From: Raja brachyura
Taxonomy: Eukaryota
Length of the DNA: 64,000 bases
Reading direction: 5' to 3'
Assembly: GCA_963514005.1 (NCBI GenBank)
Contig: OY740809.1
Span: 20,832,001 to 20,896,000, forward strand
The notes below the pieces were generated by a model. That model was not told where the DNA came from. It searched no databases and saw only the letters and a program-made list of their open reading frames with translations. Position numbers and translations under genes: made by a program. Below are positions 1 through 12,599 of the stretch, piece by piece; the stretch's first letter is position 1, and every line of letters begins with the position of its first letter.

Positions 1-490
1 GTTCACCAAGTTTTGTTGTATAAAACATTTTTTTAATCTGAAAATTGTTAATGATAAGGAACATTGCAATGGAGATACAGGAGCCTGCAGATACTGGAAA
101 CAGGAGCACAAAATAAACTGCTGGAGGAGATCAGTGCATTATGCAGCACCTATGGTGACAAAGGGATAATTGACATTTACTGATGGAGTCCTTGCACCTG
201 TCCAGATCTGAAATGTTGACCATGCCTTTGCCTCCACACAAACTTTGCAATCATTTGTGAGAGTTTCCAATTCTGAATTCATACTTGAGTGGGAAAGTAA
301 GTTGAAAACTTTCTTTGCTGTTGGCTGGATACAACACCATAGCTGTACTGAAACAGCTTAGTCAGGTTTGTCTTGTGCTCAAGATTCCAGTATCTGCAAG
401 CTCTTGTGTCTCCATTGCAACATTCCTCATCATTAACATTTCCTCAGATTTAAAATAGGTTTGTATCTTTACACAATGAAACTTGGATAA
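1..490. repeat. Imperfect inverted repeat (arms about 1-110 and 370-490) around a degenerate Penelope-derived core
   Basis: The reverse complement of 370-490 aligns with 1-110 (gtt.ccaagttt...aatctga..aatgttaatgat.agga...ttgcaatggaga.aca.gagc.tgcagatactggaa...gagcacaa). Confidence 0.75.
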
Positions 491-1834
491 ACATGCGGAA
501 TAAGTAACATATTACATAAATCTTTTATAATGACAAGCATTACCAATGCCAAATTAAACACCATTAACAAAACTATGGAGTCTGGTTATTGGAATAGAAT
601 TTCATATTGTGTTTTCAAGAACAGAGCCTTTACATTACAGCTAAGTCAGAGCACTTATCAATTTCTTGATGTCAAAGGAATTGGCAAGCTGGCTCTATTT
701 GTGATCATGGGATACTTTGTAAAAAGTTAGGAAGGACAATTAAGTTGGGAACATCTAGCTGAAGACAATTGGAAACTGGTTTATTGAATACATACTTTGC
801 AAGAGATGCTTGTTGGTAACCTTCCTCTGGGTAATAAATGAAACTAGTTTTGATTGACAATTTAAGTTGTTTTCCATGAACTAATTTGTGACATATTTGC
901 ATTTCCAGTAATAATTTAAATGTGAGCTATTTACAATTTTGGTGATCTTTGAACTCTTCATCCTCTCTCGTTGTGTTTTAATCTGGAAAAGTGTTTTAAA
1001 GTTAAGGTGAACACATTTCAGTTCTTCTGCCTTCTTGGCCATCCTTCCCCTTCTAATATCCACTTTTACCTGTTTAAGAAAAATCTTAGCCCCTCTGGAT
1101 TGCCTTTCTTCATTTCCCCCTGTATGTTTGGAGTACATTGAAGGATGCTTAATTAGTTTTCACTTAATTTTATTTCAATTATTCCTCTTATTTACTCATC
1201 ATGAAATTGCAGAAGTACTTTTGATCTGTTCACCTATTGATGATTCATTTCTTTCTGACTATTTCTCTCATGACCCAGGAAGAAACAAATTAATTTAATA
1301 TCATGTTCATCATCTGAAACATAAAGTTCTCATCTATAATCGTACTTAATTACAGCTGTGCAGCACATTTTCTTTAGCAGTCAATGTGACTTACCTCTGC
1401 AGTTCAATAAATTTACAGTTGAAATTCCTAGTGGAAATACTTTATCACACCTCTGCTTGGATCCATATTCTTTAGTGAAACAAATGACAAAAGATTAATC
1501 AAACTGTGTATTAAACTTGTCCACTGATAAGGGAGGGTCCCTCCAAATTGAGTCTTAAACAGTTGTTCCAAAGCAAATATAAATGTACTCTTAGATTGTA
1601 ATTGTATCTTGAGAAATGTGGCTCAAAATGTGTTGACAAATGTAAATTAGATTTCGTTATACTTTTCTCAAATGGAATGTGCAAAGTTAAGCAAGGGGTC
1701 AGGATTGATCAGTACATACCACCCACTCTTTCTCCCAGTCACCATTGCGCCCACCCTACCAATCTACCCATTGAACCTGTGGAGAATTGACTTTAATAGA
1801 TATGCCAACAATTATATTACTGTATCTCCAGGTC

Positions 1835-2015
1835 TAACAGTGGATATTTTTAAGACAGAGATAGATAGATTCTTGATTAGTGCAGGTGTCAGATGTTATG
1901 GGGAGAAGGCAGGAGAATGGGGTTAGGAGGGAGAGATAGACCAGCCGTGATTGAATGGCGGAGTTGACTTGATGGGCCGAATGGCCTAATTCTACTCCTA
2001 TCACTTATGACCTTA
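1835..2015 (+). mobile_element. CR1-type LINE 3' end
   Basis: FKTEIDRFLISAGVRCYGEKAGEWG C-terminus, then gatgggccgaatggcct...ctcct and a (tta/tga)n tail. Confidence 0.8.
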
Positions 2016-2249
2016 TGACTAACAACAACATCCCCAAAATATACATAAGGAAAATTCTGGCTTGATATTTTGGCAAATTTGGTGGTATGCATTAAGTTGA
2101 CAAATATTGAAAGTTTGGCCTGGGTAGTTGAGAACGCAGAGCTGGGCTCACTGTTGATCAGCTATGATTTTATTGAATGTTGGAGCAGGCTTGGGGCTGA
2201 GTGTCAAGCTGCTCTGAATTTGTATGCTCTTGTATGTTTTGTAGCAGTG

Positions 2250-2920
2250 TTGTAACATTTGTAAATGAACAGTTGGATGGAAAGAAAGTACTATTTCAGA
2301 CGGCATAATATGAAAAGAAATTGAGGAGGTACACTTTGGTTCAAAGAAATAGAAATGCAGAGGTTAATGAAACAATGCTCAGAGTGACCTGTGTGACCTT
2401 GTACAAGGTACAGTATGTGCAGGTTCAACCAATTAAAAGTTAAATGGTGTCCGGGCCTTTATTCTTATACACTTATCCTCTTAAAATAGAGGCACCTTGC
2501 TGTACTTCTGCATTTATGTAAATATCTGGCCTCCCTACCAAGGAAGGGATACTTGTGACAGAGGGAATGCAATGAAGGTTCACTAGACTGAATCATGTGA
2601 ATACAGGCTTGTTGTTTGAGGAGAAATTGGACACATTGGACCTGTCCCCAAATGAATGTAGAAGAATGATGGGTGAATGATTAGAAACATGCGACATTCT
2701 TATAAGGCTCGACAAGGACAATATTTTTTTCTGGCTGTGATGCCTAGAATCTAGAGTTACAGTCTCAAAATCAGAGTTTTGCCATATGAGGCAGGAGAAG
2801 AAATTTCTGCAACAAGTGAGTTATGACTGGAATTTTCTACCCAAGCAGTCTGTGGCGGCTAAGTTGCTGAATATATTAAAGATAGAGATAAATAAATTGT
2901 TGGATATTAATGAGATGTGC
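2250..2920 (+). mobile_element. Degenerate CR1 LINE ORF2 3' part
   Basis: Decayed motifs such as gagggaatgcaatgaaggttcactagactga and tggaattttctacc...ctgtgg.ggct; boundaries approximate. Confidence 0.55.
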
Positions 2921-3715
2921 AATTTGTGGGTTTAGTACTCAATAACAATATCACCAATTTTATCATTGAAGTGAATAACTGAAAGCAAGCATGCTTTATA
3001 TTAGAGTAGAAATGAGATTCATTTTAGTAAGGAAGTTGAGAATGCTTTTAAATACAAGACCTAACTTACAGCTTCTAACGAGAACAATTTAACGTAGTAC
3101 AGTTTAAATTTTTGAAGTCTCTCCATCAGTCAATTGTCAGTTAGTTTTAACAACCAAACTGGTTACAAAGCAACGCAATTATTTAACTATGAAACCAACT
3201 CTCCTATGTCTTTCAAGTAAGTTTTTTTTTCTGACATTCATTTGGTATGTCTAAGACTGCATCGGTTTTCTCAATTTGTTGGTAATCTATATTCTTGTGA
3301 CTCAGTCAGGCAGGAATATACAGCAAAAGCTTATTTCTAATGTAAGGGCAGTGTTTGAGCTGGTGGCTGACTTTAGCTGGTGGAAAGCAGAGGATTTAGT
3401 TCCCATAATCTTGGGTTGGTTCGGGAAAAATTGGTAAGACCTCTTCTTACTATTAAATATTGTCCTTGCTGTTACTGCTCGCATATGGATGATGCACAGT
3501 GAGCTTTAGAGGTAGTTGAAATTGAACCCCATGATAGGCAAAGTAATTGCCTCAACTATTTTTTCCACTTGCTGGCTGCGAAATGGCCAAACTCTGCAGA
3601 TCTATACTCGCAATGAATTGCACTTCTCAAAAGTATCAGTAATCAGAGCGATTGAAATATATCAAAACCTAATTTGTTATTCTATAATAAAGTTACTTTA
3701 TCTCCTTTATTTTAG

Positions 3716-3805
3716 GTACGGAAACATATAAATGATCTTTATGAAGATCTAAGAGAAGGACATAACTTGATCTCCCTCCTGGAAGTCCTCTCTGGGGTGA
3801 CTCTA
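3716..3805 (+). CDS. MACF1: Exon, CH1: [30 protein letters not shown]
   Basis: tttag|GTA...CTA|gtaagt, 90 nt, phase 0/0. Confidence 0.95.
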
Positions 3806-4519
3806 GTAAGTACTATTTGCATTGAGTACATGGCATATTTCTTTATATAAACTTTGATTAAATACTTCCAACAATTTTACAGCAGGAGAATGTGTTAAGT
3901 ATTACACTGAAGCATGCGATTGCCTCATATTATTATTATGGTTATTGACAGGATGCACTTGTGAAGACCATTTTTCCCTATTTAAAAAAAATGCATTTAC
4001 AATTCAACAAGAATTTATTTTTTAAATTGCTGTGAGAAGGAATTCTGTTTTTCATAACAAACATTACCTTAACTATCATGTTTCACCTCGTGTTTTCTGC
4101 TGACGGTGGGTGCTTGAAAATCATGAGATAGTTTAATGTTTTTTAGACATTCAGCCTAAAATGAGTTTGGATTGAGTAAAACATGGCAGAGAGTAGATAT
4201 AAGCCATCTGGATAATCCAATGTGTTTTCAGAACATTGCAGTCCTCTCTTGAAACACTAAACAGGATTTAATTGTTAACGCACAGTGGAGACATCTAGTG
4301 GATGAGAACCAGCACTCCTCTGATAATAATGCAGTTTAACATTTTAAGGGAAAAGAACAAAGATCGACTGAGTAAGAGTTCTAAATTGAGATGCCCAGTT
4401 TTAGAAAAAGTGGACTGGAAACAACTTCTTGTAGATAAGGAGTCTGAGGAAGGATCCTAACCCAAAACATCCACTTCCTTCCTCTCCGAGTTACTCCAGC
4501 ACTTCTTGTCTTCGGAGAT

Positions 4520-6350
4520 AAATCAGGATCAGGACATTGACACATTCTGGAAGAAGATAATGATCCAGATCAGATATGTACCCAATAAAAGACATGTAGG
4601 AACTTCCAAATCTAAATCCCCAAGGAGTCTTAAGAATATGTGAAGTAAAAAATCAAACAACAGAGAGCTCAATGCCATAATATATGAGGAGTATACAAAG
4701 TCTAGGGATGTAATTAGAAATAAATTAAGGTAGCAAAGAATTGTGCACATAAAAAATATTGGTGGGAAACAATAGAGAAATGATAGGGGAGTTATTCGGT
4801 TCTATCTTGAGATTGGGTCTCATCGATTTCTACATTTTTAAAATAAGGATAAGAAGGGATAGATCCTACTCATATATTTCTAAATAAAAAATGTAAAAAT
4901 GACCTGTGTGCAAAGGGGAAAAAAAAGTTTTTTTTTCTGAATGAACATATTGCATCAGTCTTCGTGGAGGAATGGATGATACAGATATTAACAATAGGGA
5001 GGAAGCAATGTGCGTGCATAGAAAGTACATTAAGGGGACCTGCATCTTTAAAGCTCAATTCATAACAAGACTCTGACAAAAGAAAGAGCTGATCTGAAAA
5101 GGAGCAAGGAATGGAATAATGAAGGCACTGGCTGTCATATTCCAATACACTTTACCAGAGTCATTGTGATAAAGGAGTGGAAAATAATCAAGCTAACATT
5201 TTAAAGGAGGAGCAAAGATAGATTAATATTGGGTAATTCAGCCTCTAAAGAGACACGGGTTTAATGGAGCACAATCAATGAGCACTTATTGAGGGAAGAT
5301 CTTATCTGATCCACAATTACATTTTTTGAGGATGGAATAATGAGGGTTAATAAGGGTAATTTTTTTTTTAAACAAGACATTTGATAAAGTCTTAAAGGGC
5401 AGATTGATCTGGAACATATTACAAGAGATGCAAATAACTAATAAAGTAAACAGTAAAATAATGAGCAATGTAGCGGGATTTGGAGTGCAGGTAAATGGAT
5501 CCCAGAAGATGGAAGGTAGACAAAAATGCTGGAGAAACTCAGCGGGTGAGGCAGCATCTATGGAGCGAAGGAATAGGCGACGTTTCGGGTCGAGACCCTC
5601 TCTTCAGATGATGGCAGGATAGGTAGGTTGTGATTAAGTAGACATTGGGATAATCATTGACAGAAACTAGGAATACAAGCGCTGGGATATTTTGATTGAA
5701 AGATACAGCATGGAAACAGGCTAGTTGGCTTAATGAGTCAACGCCAGCTTTCGATAATTTGTTCACTCTAGTTCGGTTATCCCACTTTCCCATGTCATGT
5801 TAGAACTGCAGTTAAGAAATGTGTTGTTATGGCCACTGCTCTCTAGAAAGATGTAATAGCACTAGAGAGACTGCAGAGGATATTTGCATGGAAGTCAGTG
5901 GGAGAATAAAAGTTTTGAAGACAGATTAATTAGACAATGCTAGTTTTCTTCAGATTTAGATTAAGAAAATTGATGGCAAAATGTTTTTTCATGTGAGACC
6001 CAGACAAAGTTAACAGCGAAGGACCTATTTCTCTCGGCAGAAGGTTGATAACTAGGGATTACTTAAACTAATTGGTGAAAAGATTAGTGAAGAAAGTAGT
6101 GGAGCCTTGAAATGTTGATGAAGACAGAAATACTTATCACATTTAAAAGGAGGTTCAGATGCAGGATCGCAACCCAGAATATCGATCATCCCTTTGCCTC
6201 TACAGATGCGGCTTCATCCACTGAGTTCTTCCAGCAGTTTAGTTTTGGTCCACTTAAAATGTCTATGGATGAACTGGGAAGTAGGACAAACCTAAATATC
6301 CAGCATGGGCCAGGCTGGGTCAAATAGTCACCTCGTGTTCCATAGAAGAT
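4520..6350 (+). mobile_element. Highly degenerate CR1 LINE ORF2, interrupted by Penelope-derived insertions (about 5512-5608 and 6155-6250)
   Basis: Remnant RT-region and 3' motifs (gacatttgataaagtc, gatgtaatagcactagagagactgcagaggatattt); boundaries approximate. Confidence 0.5.
5512..5608 (-). mobile_element. Short Penelope-derived repeat with a hammerhead-like core on the - strand
   Basis: gtagacaaaaatgctggagaaactcagcgggtgaggcagcatct...cgtttcgggtcgagaccct..cttcaga, shared with the terminus of the element at 44676-45917. Confidence 0.75.
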
Positions 6351-6960
6351 CCATGAATTAATTTAACCTATGAATTGACTATCACAGGCAGCAATAGGTC
6401 AGGAAGCAATAGAGGAGAATTGACTCATCCCAGTCGCAAATGGGAAATTCTACTGAGTCAGACAGTGACTCCAAATTCCACATTCCTCTCCAGGGGAACT
6501 ATCCTTTGTAGCATCTATCCAATCAAGCCTCAACAGGATCTTAAAATATTTCCATTCCATTCTCCTCTTCATAAACACCAGTGTCAATTTACTTCCTTGT
6601 AGGTTATCTTAGTCTTGCCTGTAATCAATTGCGTAAACTTTCTCTTGCATTTCTTCCAGAGAGATTGAAATGGAGATTGAGGAAACTTCTTCCTAAGTCC
6701 TCTTTCCTCTGACAAAGGATTTTCGACTTGAAACCTTAACTATCTTTCTTTTTTCCATAGTTACTGCCTGATCTGAGTATTTCCAGTCATTTCTGTTTTT
6801 TCAGATTTTCAGCATCTACAGCAATTAACAATTGTACATATTCAATTTTATAAATAAATTACATGCGTTGCTACAATAAAGACAGATCATTTGGATCTGT
6901 GACAGCCTTTCAAAACATCAAGATTTTCCAAAGTGCTCCCTAACCAATCAAATATTCTAT

Positions 6961-7147
6961 TATCGACACAAAAAGCTGGAGTAACTCAGCGGGACAGGCA
7001 GCATCTCTGGAGAGAAGGAATGGGTGACGTTTCTGGTCTGACCTGAAACGTCACCCATTCCTTCTCTCCAGGGATTCTGCCTGTCCCGCTGAGTTACTCC
7101 AGCTTTTTGTGTCTATGGTTTAAACCAGCATCTGCAGTTCCTTCTTA
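6961..7147. mobile_element. Hairpin-form Penelope-derived insertion with 12-bp TSD (caaatattctat)
   Basis: About 70-bp near-perfect inverted arms (6965-7032 and 7046-7113); TSD at 6949-6960 and 7148-7159. Confidence 0.85.
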
Positions 7148-7874
7148 CAAATATTCTATAATGTTGTGCTATCTCTGAGCAGAAATAGAAAATTAGAAAT
7201 TAATACGTGCTACTTACAAATCTATTGAACATACTAGTTGTTAAATGCTTCAAGATATCCCGACGTTAAAAAAAGCTCCATGTAAGTGCATTCTCCTATT
7301 CTCTTTCCAAAAGTGAAAACTGTAATCTATTTTTCATTGTCATAATATGAGGGCACTAATACTTAAATGCATCTTCATATTCCTTTTCAAGTCCAGCATA
7401 CGTATTTGATAAAATGAAAACAAGTTTTTTTTGCAGCTTCATGGATATTCTGAAATGCTCAACCTCTCTCTCGTGGTTTGTCAAGGGCAAATGGTAGAGG
7501 TTTCTTGGAAAAGTTAAAATTGTGTCTCCAATGAACGTCTGCCAGTCTTAAAGCATTCTCTTCACTGGCCATATCATAAGCATCTGTATCTGAAGCTTGT
7601 CTGTATTTACTGAGTGAGGCATTCTTCTTGTCAAGCACTGGGGACCATAAAACATTACCAATTGAAATAAATACCTGGACTATAAATTGACCCTGTATAC
7701 TTTGAATGCCTCTCGAGGACAACATTTGCTTATATATTTTATTCACTCGCAGGAATCTCTGAGGGCCTTTGAATGTTTTTTATTCATTTAATCTTTTGCT
7801 TTTATTTCACCTTTGCTTTTCCATTTCCTCCTCATTTTGCTTCTGCTATTCTCTGTTTGCTTCATGGTGATTAG

Positions 7875-7970
7875 CATAAGGAGCAGTTTGTCACGAAGAA
7901 TTTGCGCTTGGCCAGACCGCCGTCCTGCGTCTCTGAACGCTGCCAAGAGGAGGCGGATGATGTTGAGGGG
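7875..7970 (+). CDS. MACF1: Putative alternative cassette exon in CH1: HKEQFVTKNLRLARPPSCVSERCQEEADDVEG
   Basis: Long polypyrimidine tract, then ttag|CAT...GGG|gtaggt. 96 nt, phase 0/0, no stop, GC/CpG-rich relative to the intron. Same position as the plectin 3alpha/DST insert and with a similar ...LRL motif. Confidence 0.8.
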
Positions 7971-8134
7971 GTAGGTGACACAAAACACAAAAGGCATTGC
8001 AATCAATACTGTATCACTCCTAGGTAATCCATATTGTTTATTAATCCATGTTTTTTATAAATGTGAGCGTATTTTGATTACCCAGAACCTTATACAAGAT
8101 AGACTTAACAGTGGGATTTGTTCTGCAGTAAGAA

Positions 8135-8225
8135 TCTGAAGAAGGTCCCAACCCAAAACGTTACCTATCCTTATTCTCCAGAGATGCTGCCTGACCAGCT
8201 GAGATACTCCAGTACTTTGTGTCTT
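8135..8225 (+). mobile_element. Short Penelope-derived repeat (degenerate hammerhead-like core)
   Basis: tctgaagaaggtcccaacccaaaacgttacctat...gatgctgcctgacc.gctgag.tactccag. Confidence 0.7.
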
Positions 8226-11200
8226 TATTTGAATATACTTTTTAATTTTAGCTCGGTTTTGTCTCATTTCTCATGACTGATTCACCAATGCCTCATGCTG
8301 TAGCTGGAACTACTTGTAGCCGGAACCACAGGCTCCCAGTGATCATGTTTTTATTAGGAGAGTGTCCATTTTGTTCCTGAGAGGAGGTGATCTATCTCGA
8401 CACAGTCATGACTCCTCTAAATGGAGTGTAAGAGGGGGAGAAAGAGTAGCTATGCTGGAATTAGATGAAAGAGATGTGAATCCAAATTGTTGTGAAGGGA
8501 TTCTATCTTTAAAACACAGCCTCGAGGTTTAAAACATAATTAATATTTTGAATTTGGAATCTGATACTTTAACCCCATGCCTATCCTTGGTAATGTTATT
8601 ACATATAGTATTACAACAGAGCCCAGGCAATTGTTACATAATTGAAATAGCCATTGATATTTAATATTCATATTTAATATTTTAATGTGGATGTTAATTC
8701 AGAACCGAAAGCAGTTGTATGCAGCTACTGAATAGTGAGGAAATGCACAGGAATAAACCTGTCACACGTTGGTTTTGGCAAGAAATTGGTATTGATTCAG
8801 TTATACAAATATATTTATGTGGATTATCCAGTATTGATACAGTATCTTGTGGCAACAATATGCATGAAGACAGCACAACTAACTCTAGTCTTTCCTTCAT
8901 TACATTCCTTCATATATCGTTTGTTCCTTCATTTATCGTTTAGGGCATTTTGGGTTAATTATTTCCATGATTCATGTAATTGTAAATATAGTCTGGGCTA
9001 TATAACATGCACAGAGTAGATCGCAGATCATGTTATTTTTGTTTAAACATAAAATAAGGCTGTTCCAATTACTATGCAGTACATTCTTTAAACTTAAATG
9101 GAACAGTCCCAAATATTTTCCCCATTAAATTTACTCTGATTTAATTCTAATCAGTGGAAGATTTGATGACCGTTTACCACATTTTCAGCTGTGTGCTTTT
9201 GTAGTTACAATGAAGGGAACAACACGACTCGGAAAAGGTTTTTCTGTGTGCTGCCTGGGAATTTGGCACTGGTTTCAATGATGCTATTAACCCAGTGGTT
9301 GCTGAGACGTGAACTAACACTGCACATGTATTTTTTAACAAAGAACGTTCTCTTCCTAATTACTTGCTTATTAATAACCAGAGGCTGTTGTGAGGAATGA
9401 AATGGTAAGTTGGCATGAAACAAATATTGCGAGTGTTTGATGCAAGATGGATATTTTGCTGCACTCCACGTTTTGGGATATATGTTTTACATGTACATTG
9501 CCAAAGTAGTGGTTACAAGTCAGTCATAATTCAATTTATAAACTTCTTACCCTTGCATATTCATACATTTCATAATACATATTGGTTGGAAATCTGTACA
9601 TTATACAAAATAATGTGAAGATAAACTTTACCTTGCCAAACAGTGCAAGTTTTGGTTTGTCAGATTCCTGGTATGCAGTCTTCTTATCTAATTACAATAG
9701 CATTTTTAAAAACATTTGCCGTCCTTTTGATGCTCACTGATGTAAGGTACAGAAAGATATCAGTGAACTAGTGGATGGGTGCAAAAGTGACAAATGGAAT
9801 TCAGTTCTGGGGATGCGGCTAATGGGTTTGGGGAAGGCAAACAAGGTGAAGTTTTGCAGACAAATATTGTTAGACTTCCACATGTTGTATTGTAATGAGC
9901 CCTCTACATAATCCCAATAAGAAAAAAATCATAGGATGAGGACTGAGTTATGAAAGACCCGTTTTATCAAATGGAATCTCCTGGCAACTTTTTTACAATT
10001 TTTTTCTCTTTATTTTGAAAGTTATTTTCTGCTGTGATTTTTAAAAAATTTGCACTTTATTAAATGTCCCTACAAAGTCGCAATATAACCAAGTCACCTT
10101 CCCAGCGGTCAGTGTAGTGAGATCGCGGACAAAGTCTGCTGGGGAATTAGTGCAAGAAACTTTCATTCTGCCACCCCTCTGCAATAAAATAGCACAGTGC
10201 TTCGAGCCAAGCCCCCAGGGCATGTTTATCCTTCAGAGAACGAGAGATTTATGTCTGTGCACATTGCAGACATATAAGGAAATAAAAGTTTACATTCCAT
10301 TGGATAGTTTTTTTTTAATGTGTCATTTGGAATATGTATTATCCAATTGTGAGGCATTCTTAATTATGGGCATCCATTTGGCACAGAGGGTTTATAAACT
10401 ATTATCATTACTTGACTGCATATTATGTAAAACAACAAGGATTATATTTGAGATATTAACTCTAAAATGCTATTTGAAAAATAATTTACATCCAATGATT
10501 ATAATTTAATTTGAAAATTGAAGGTCTTCTTTACTACACTAAGTAATACCCTGAAAAATGAAAGTGCACAACTCAACTTTGAAGATAAGAGATATCATGT
10601 GAAAATGCAATGCTTCAGCCTTTTCAGGATTTACAGCATCCTCCACTGTATATATAGCAGGACTTGAGTTTGATTGTCGGGAAGTGTGGTTGAAGCTTTA
10701 GGTTGGAAAACCAGTGAAGCTCTAGGGTGAGAGGAAACCATGGTTGAATTGGAAGCTAGTGAAGGAATTAAATGACTGTTGGGCTCCAGGGTGACCATCT
10801 GCTGATGGCTAGATTGCAAGGCCAAATTGGGGAAAAATATGGATCGAGGAGTGCCTGTGTACCTTTTTTTCAATATAATACAGCCGCCGTGTATTCACTA
10901 TTAAGGAGCTTCATCTACCATCCAGTCCCGACACTGTCTCACGCCATTAAAATAAAACTTAGGGCAAAATTTATTGAACATATTTTGGGATGAGCAAAAG
11001 ACTGACACTATGACCTATTTTGTGATGTTGTCTTCTACACATAATGACAATTGTTACAAAACGTGTGTTAACCTGAATAATGTGAATGGGGGTCAATAAA
11101 ATTGACGGAAAGGAAGTATTCTGGCTTGTATTAATCAAAACCCAAAGCAATTTTAAAATTTGTGTTAAAGGTGCCATTAATCTTTCTCTTTTCTTTGTAG

Positions 11201-11278
11201 CCTCGTGAGAAAGGACGCATGCGATTTCACAGGTTGCAAAATGTACAGATTGCACTTGACTATTTAAAGCAACGGCAG
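11201..11278 (+). CDS. MACF1: Exon, CH1: [26 protein letters not shown]
   Basis: ctttgtag|CCT...CAG|gtatgt, 78 nt. Confidence 0.96.
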
Positions 11279-11399
11279 GTATGTAATTTTAGGTGTGCAG
11301 GCCCAGTAATTATGTAATTAGATTATCAGTCCTGAGGTACATTCAAATTCCAGCTGGAACGATATTAAACAATTTACAAATTATAAGATTTTTATTTTG

Positions 11400-11670
11400 C
11401 TGCTCACAACCCTTCTCATGTGCTGTCTGTGTGGAGTTTGAATGCTCTTCCTGTTACCGCATGGATTTCTTCTAGGTGCTCCAGTTTCCTATCACATCCC
11501 AAAGATGTGCAAGTTTGTAGGTTAATTGGCCTCCATAAATTGCCCCTGGTGTGTAAGGTGTGCATGTGTAAATGAGATAATCAAGAACTTGTGTGAATGG
11601 ATAATGAGTAGTTCACGTGGACTTGGTAAGCTAAAGGGTCTGTTTCGATGCTGCATCTCTAAACTCAACT
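11400..11670 (+). mobile_element. HE1-like V-SINE, 5' truncated
   Basis: V-domain ctgtgtggagtttg...ggtgctccagtttcct.cacatcccaaagatgtgc...ggttaattggcc, then a CR1-like tail. Confidence 0.75.
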
Positions 11671-11719
11671 AAAAAGTTTGAATCTGTTACATACCGTCCT
11701 AACTTAGACAACTCCTTGT

Positions 11720-12020
11720 TAGAATATACAGAACATAGTACAACAAAGGAACAGCCCCTTTGGCCCACCATGTTTGTAATGAACAGGTTGCCAGGTTAAA
11801 GTCATCTCCTCTGCCTGCATGTAATCCATATCTCTCAATTCCTTTCATATCCATGCCAATATCTGGAGGCCTCTTAGATTCCTTTATTGTATCTGCCTCC
11901 ACAACCACCCCTGGCAGCTTGTTCCAGCACCTAAAATTCTCTGTGTTTAAAAAAAAACTTGTCTTGCACGTCTCTAAACTTTGCCCCTCTCGTCATGAAG
12001 CTATGTCCTCTGTCTTTGAC
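11720..12020 (-). mobile_element. CR1 LINE 3' end
   Basis: - strand peptide VVEADTIKESKRPPDIGMDMKGIERYG, plus tail. Confidence 0.7.
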
Positions 12021-12599
12021 AGTAAATTATTTAATGATACATTATTGTCACATGTACCTAGGTACAGTGAAATTCTTAGTTTTTGCATACAATCCACAAA
12101 GAGTCGCCACAGTTCTGGTGACGACAAAGTTACAAAATTACTCCATGGAGTCATGTTGGTCCCTTTTTGTTCTCGGTTGCTCTCAGCGGTGTGGCCCACC
12201 TGCCTCATTCAGCTAATATTCATTCACGGTATCATTGTCACTACCACATTAGCGGTAAACAGAGCCTGGCTCATAGCTCAAACAAACCTATTTTCTATAC
12301 TGAGCACCACCAATGTTAGTTCGTCATTTTTGTCTGTTAGATTTGTCTTTGAAAACAACCCCATCAATCAACTTGGTCACCTCTTCAAAAAAAATCAAAT
12401 TGGGAAGAGAGTTTCTCACATAGAAAACCATGCTGTCTATCCCCAATCAGTCTGTGTAGATGCTGGTGGATCCAGTCTCTGAGAATCCCCTTCAAAACCT
12501 TGCCCGCCACTGATGTAAGGCTTGTAAATCTAGTTCCCAGACCTTTCTTAAATATTTCATAAATAGAGCCAAATATTAGCTACAAGTGCCAAATAACAT

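Noticed and set aside
3378-3392. WWKAE resembling the plectin 2alpha microexon (HWRAE)
   Set aside because: No GT donor after the motif, and the nearest AG puts it out of phase.
9205-9237. 33-nt AG/GT-bounded segment as another microexon
   Set aside because: In-frame TGA, weak donor (gttttt) and no recognisable homology.
10080-10285. Possible muscle enhancer (near-CArG and MEF2-like motifs)
   Set aside because: The motifs are imperfect and cannot be supported without conservation or chromatin data.
11760-12482. 240-aa ORF
   Set aside because: Runs antisense through a patchwork of LINE fragments; no domain or splice support.
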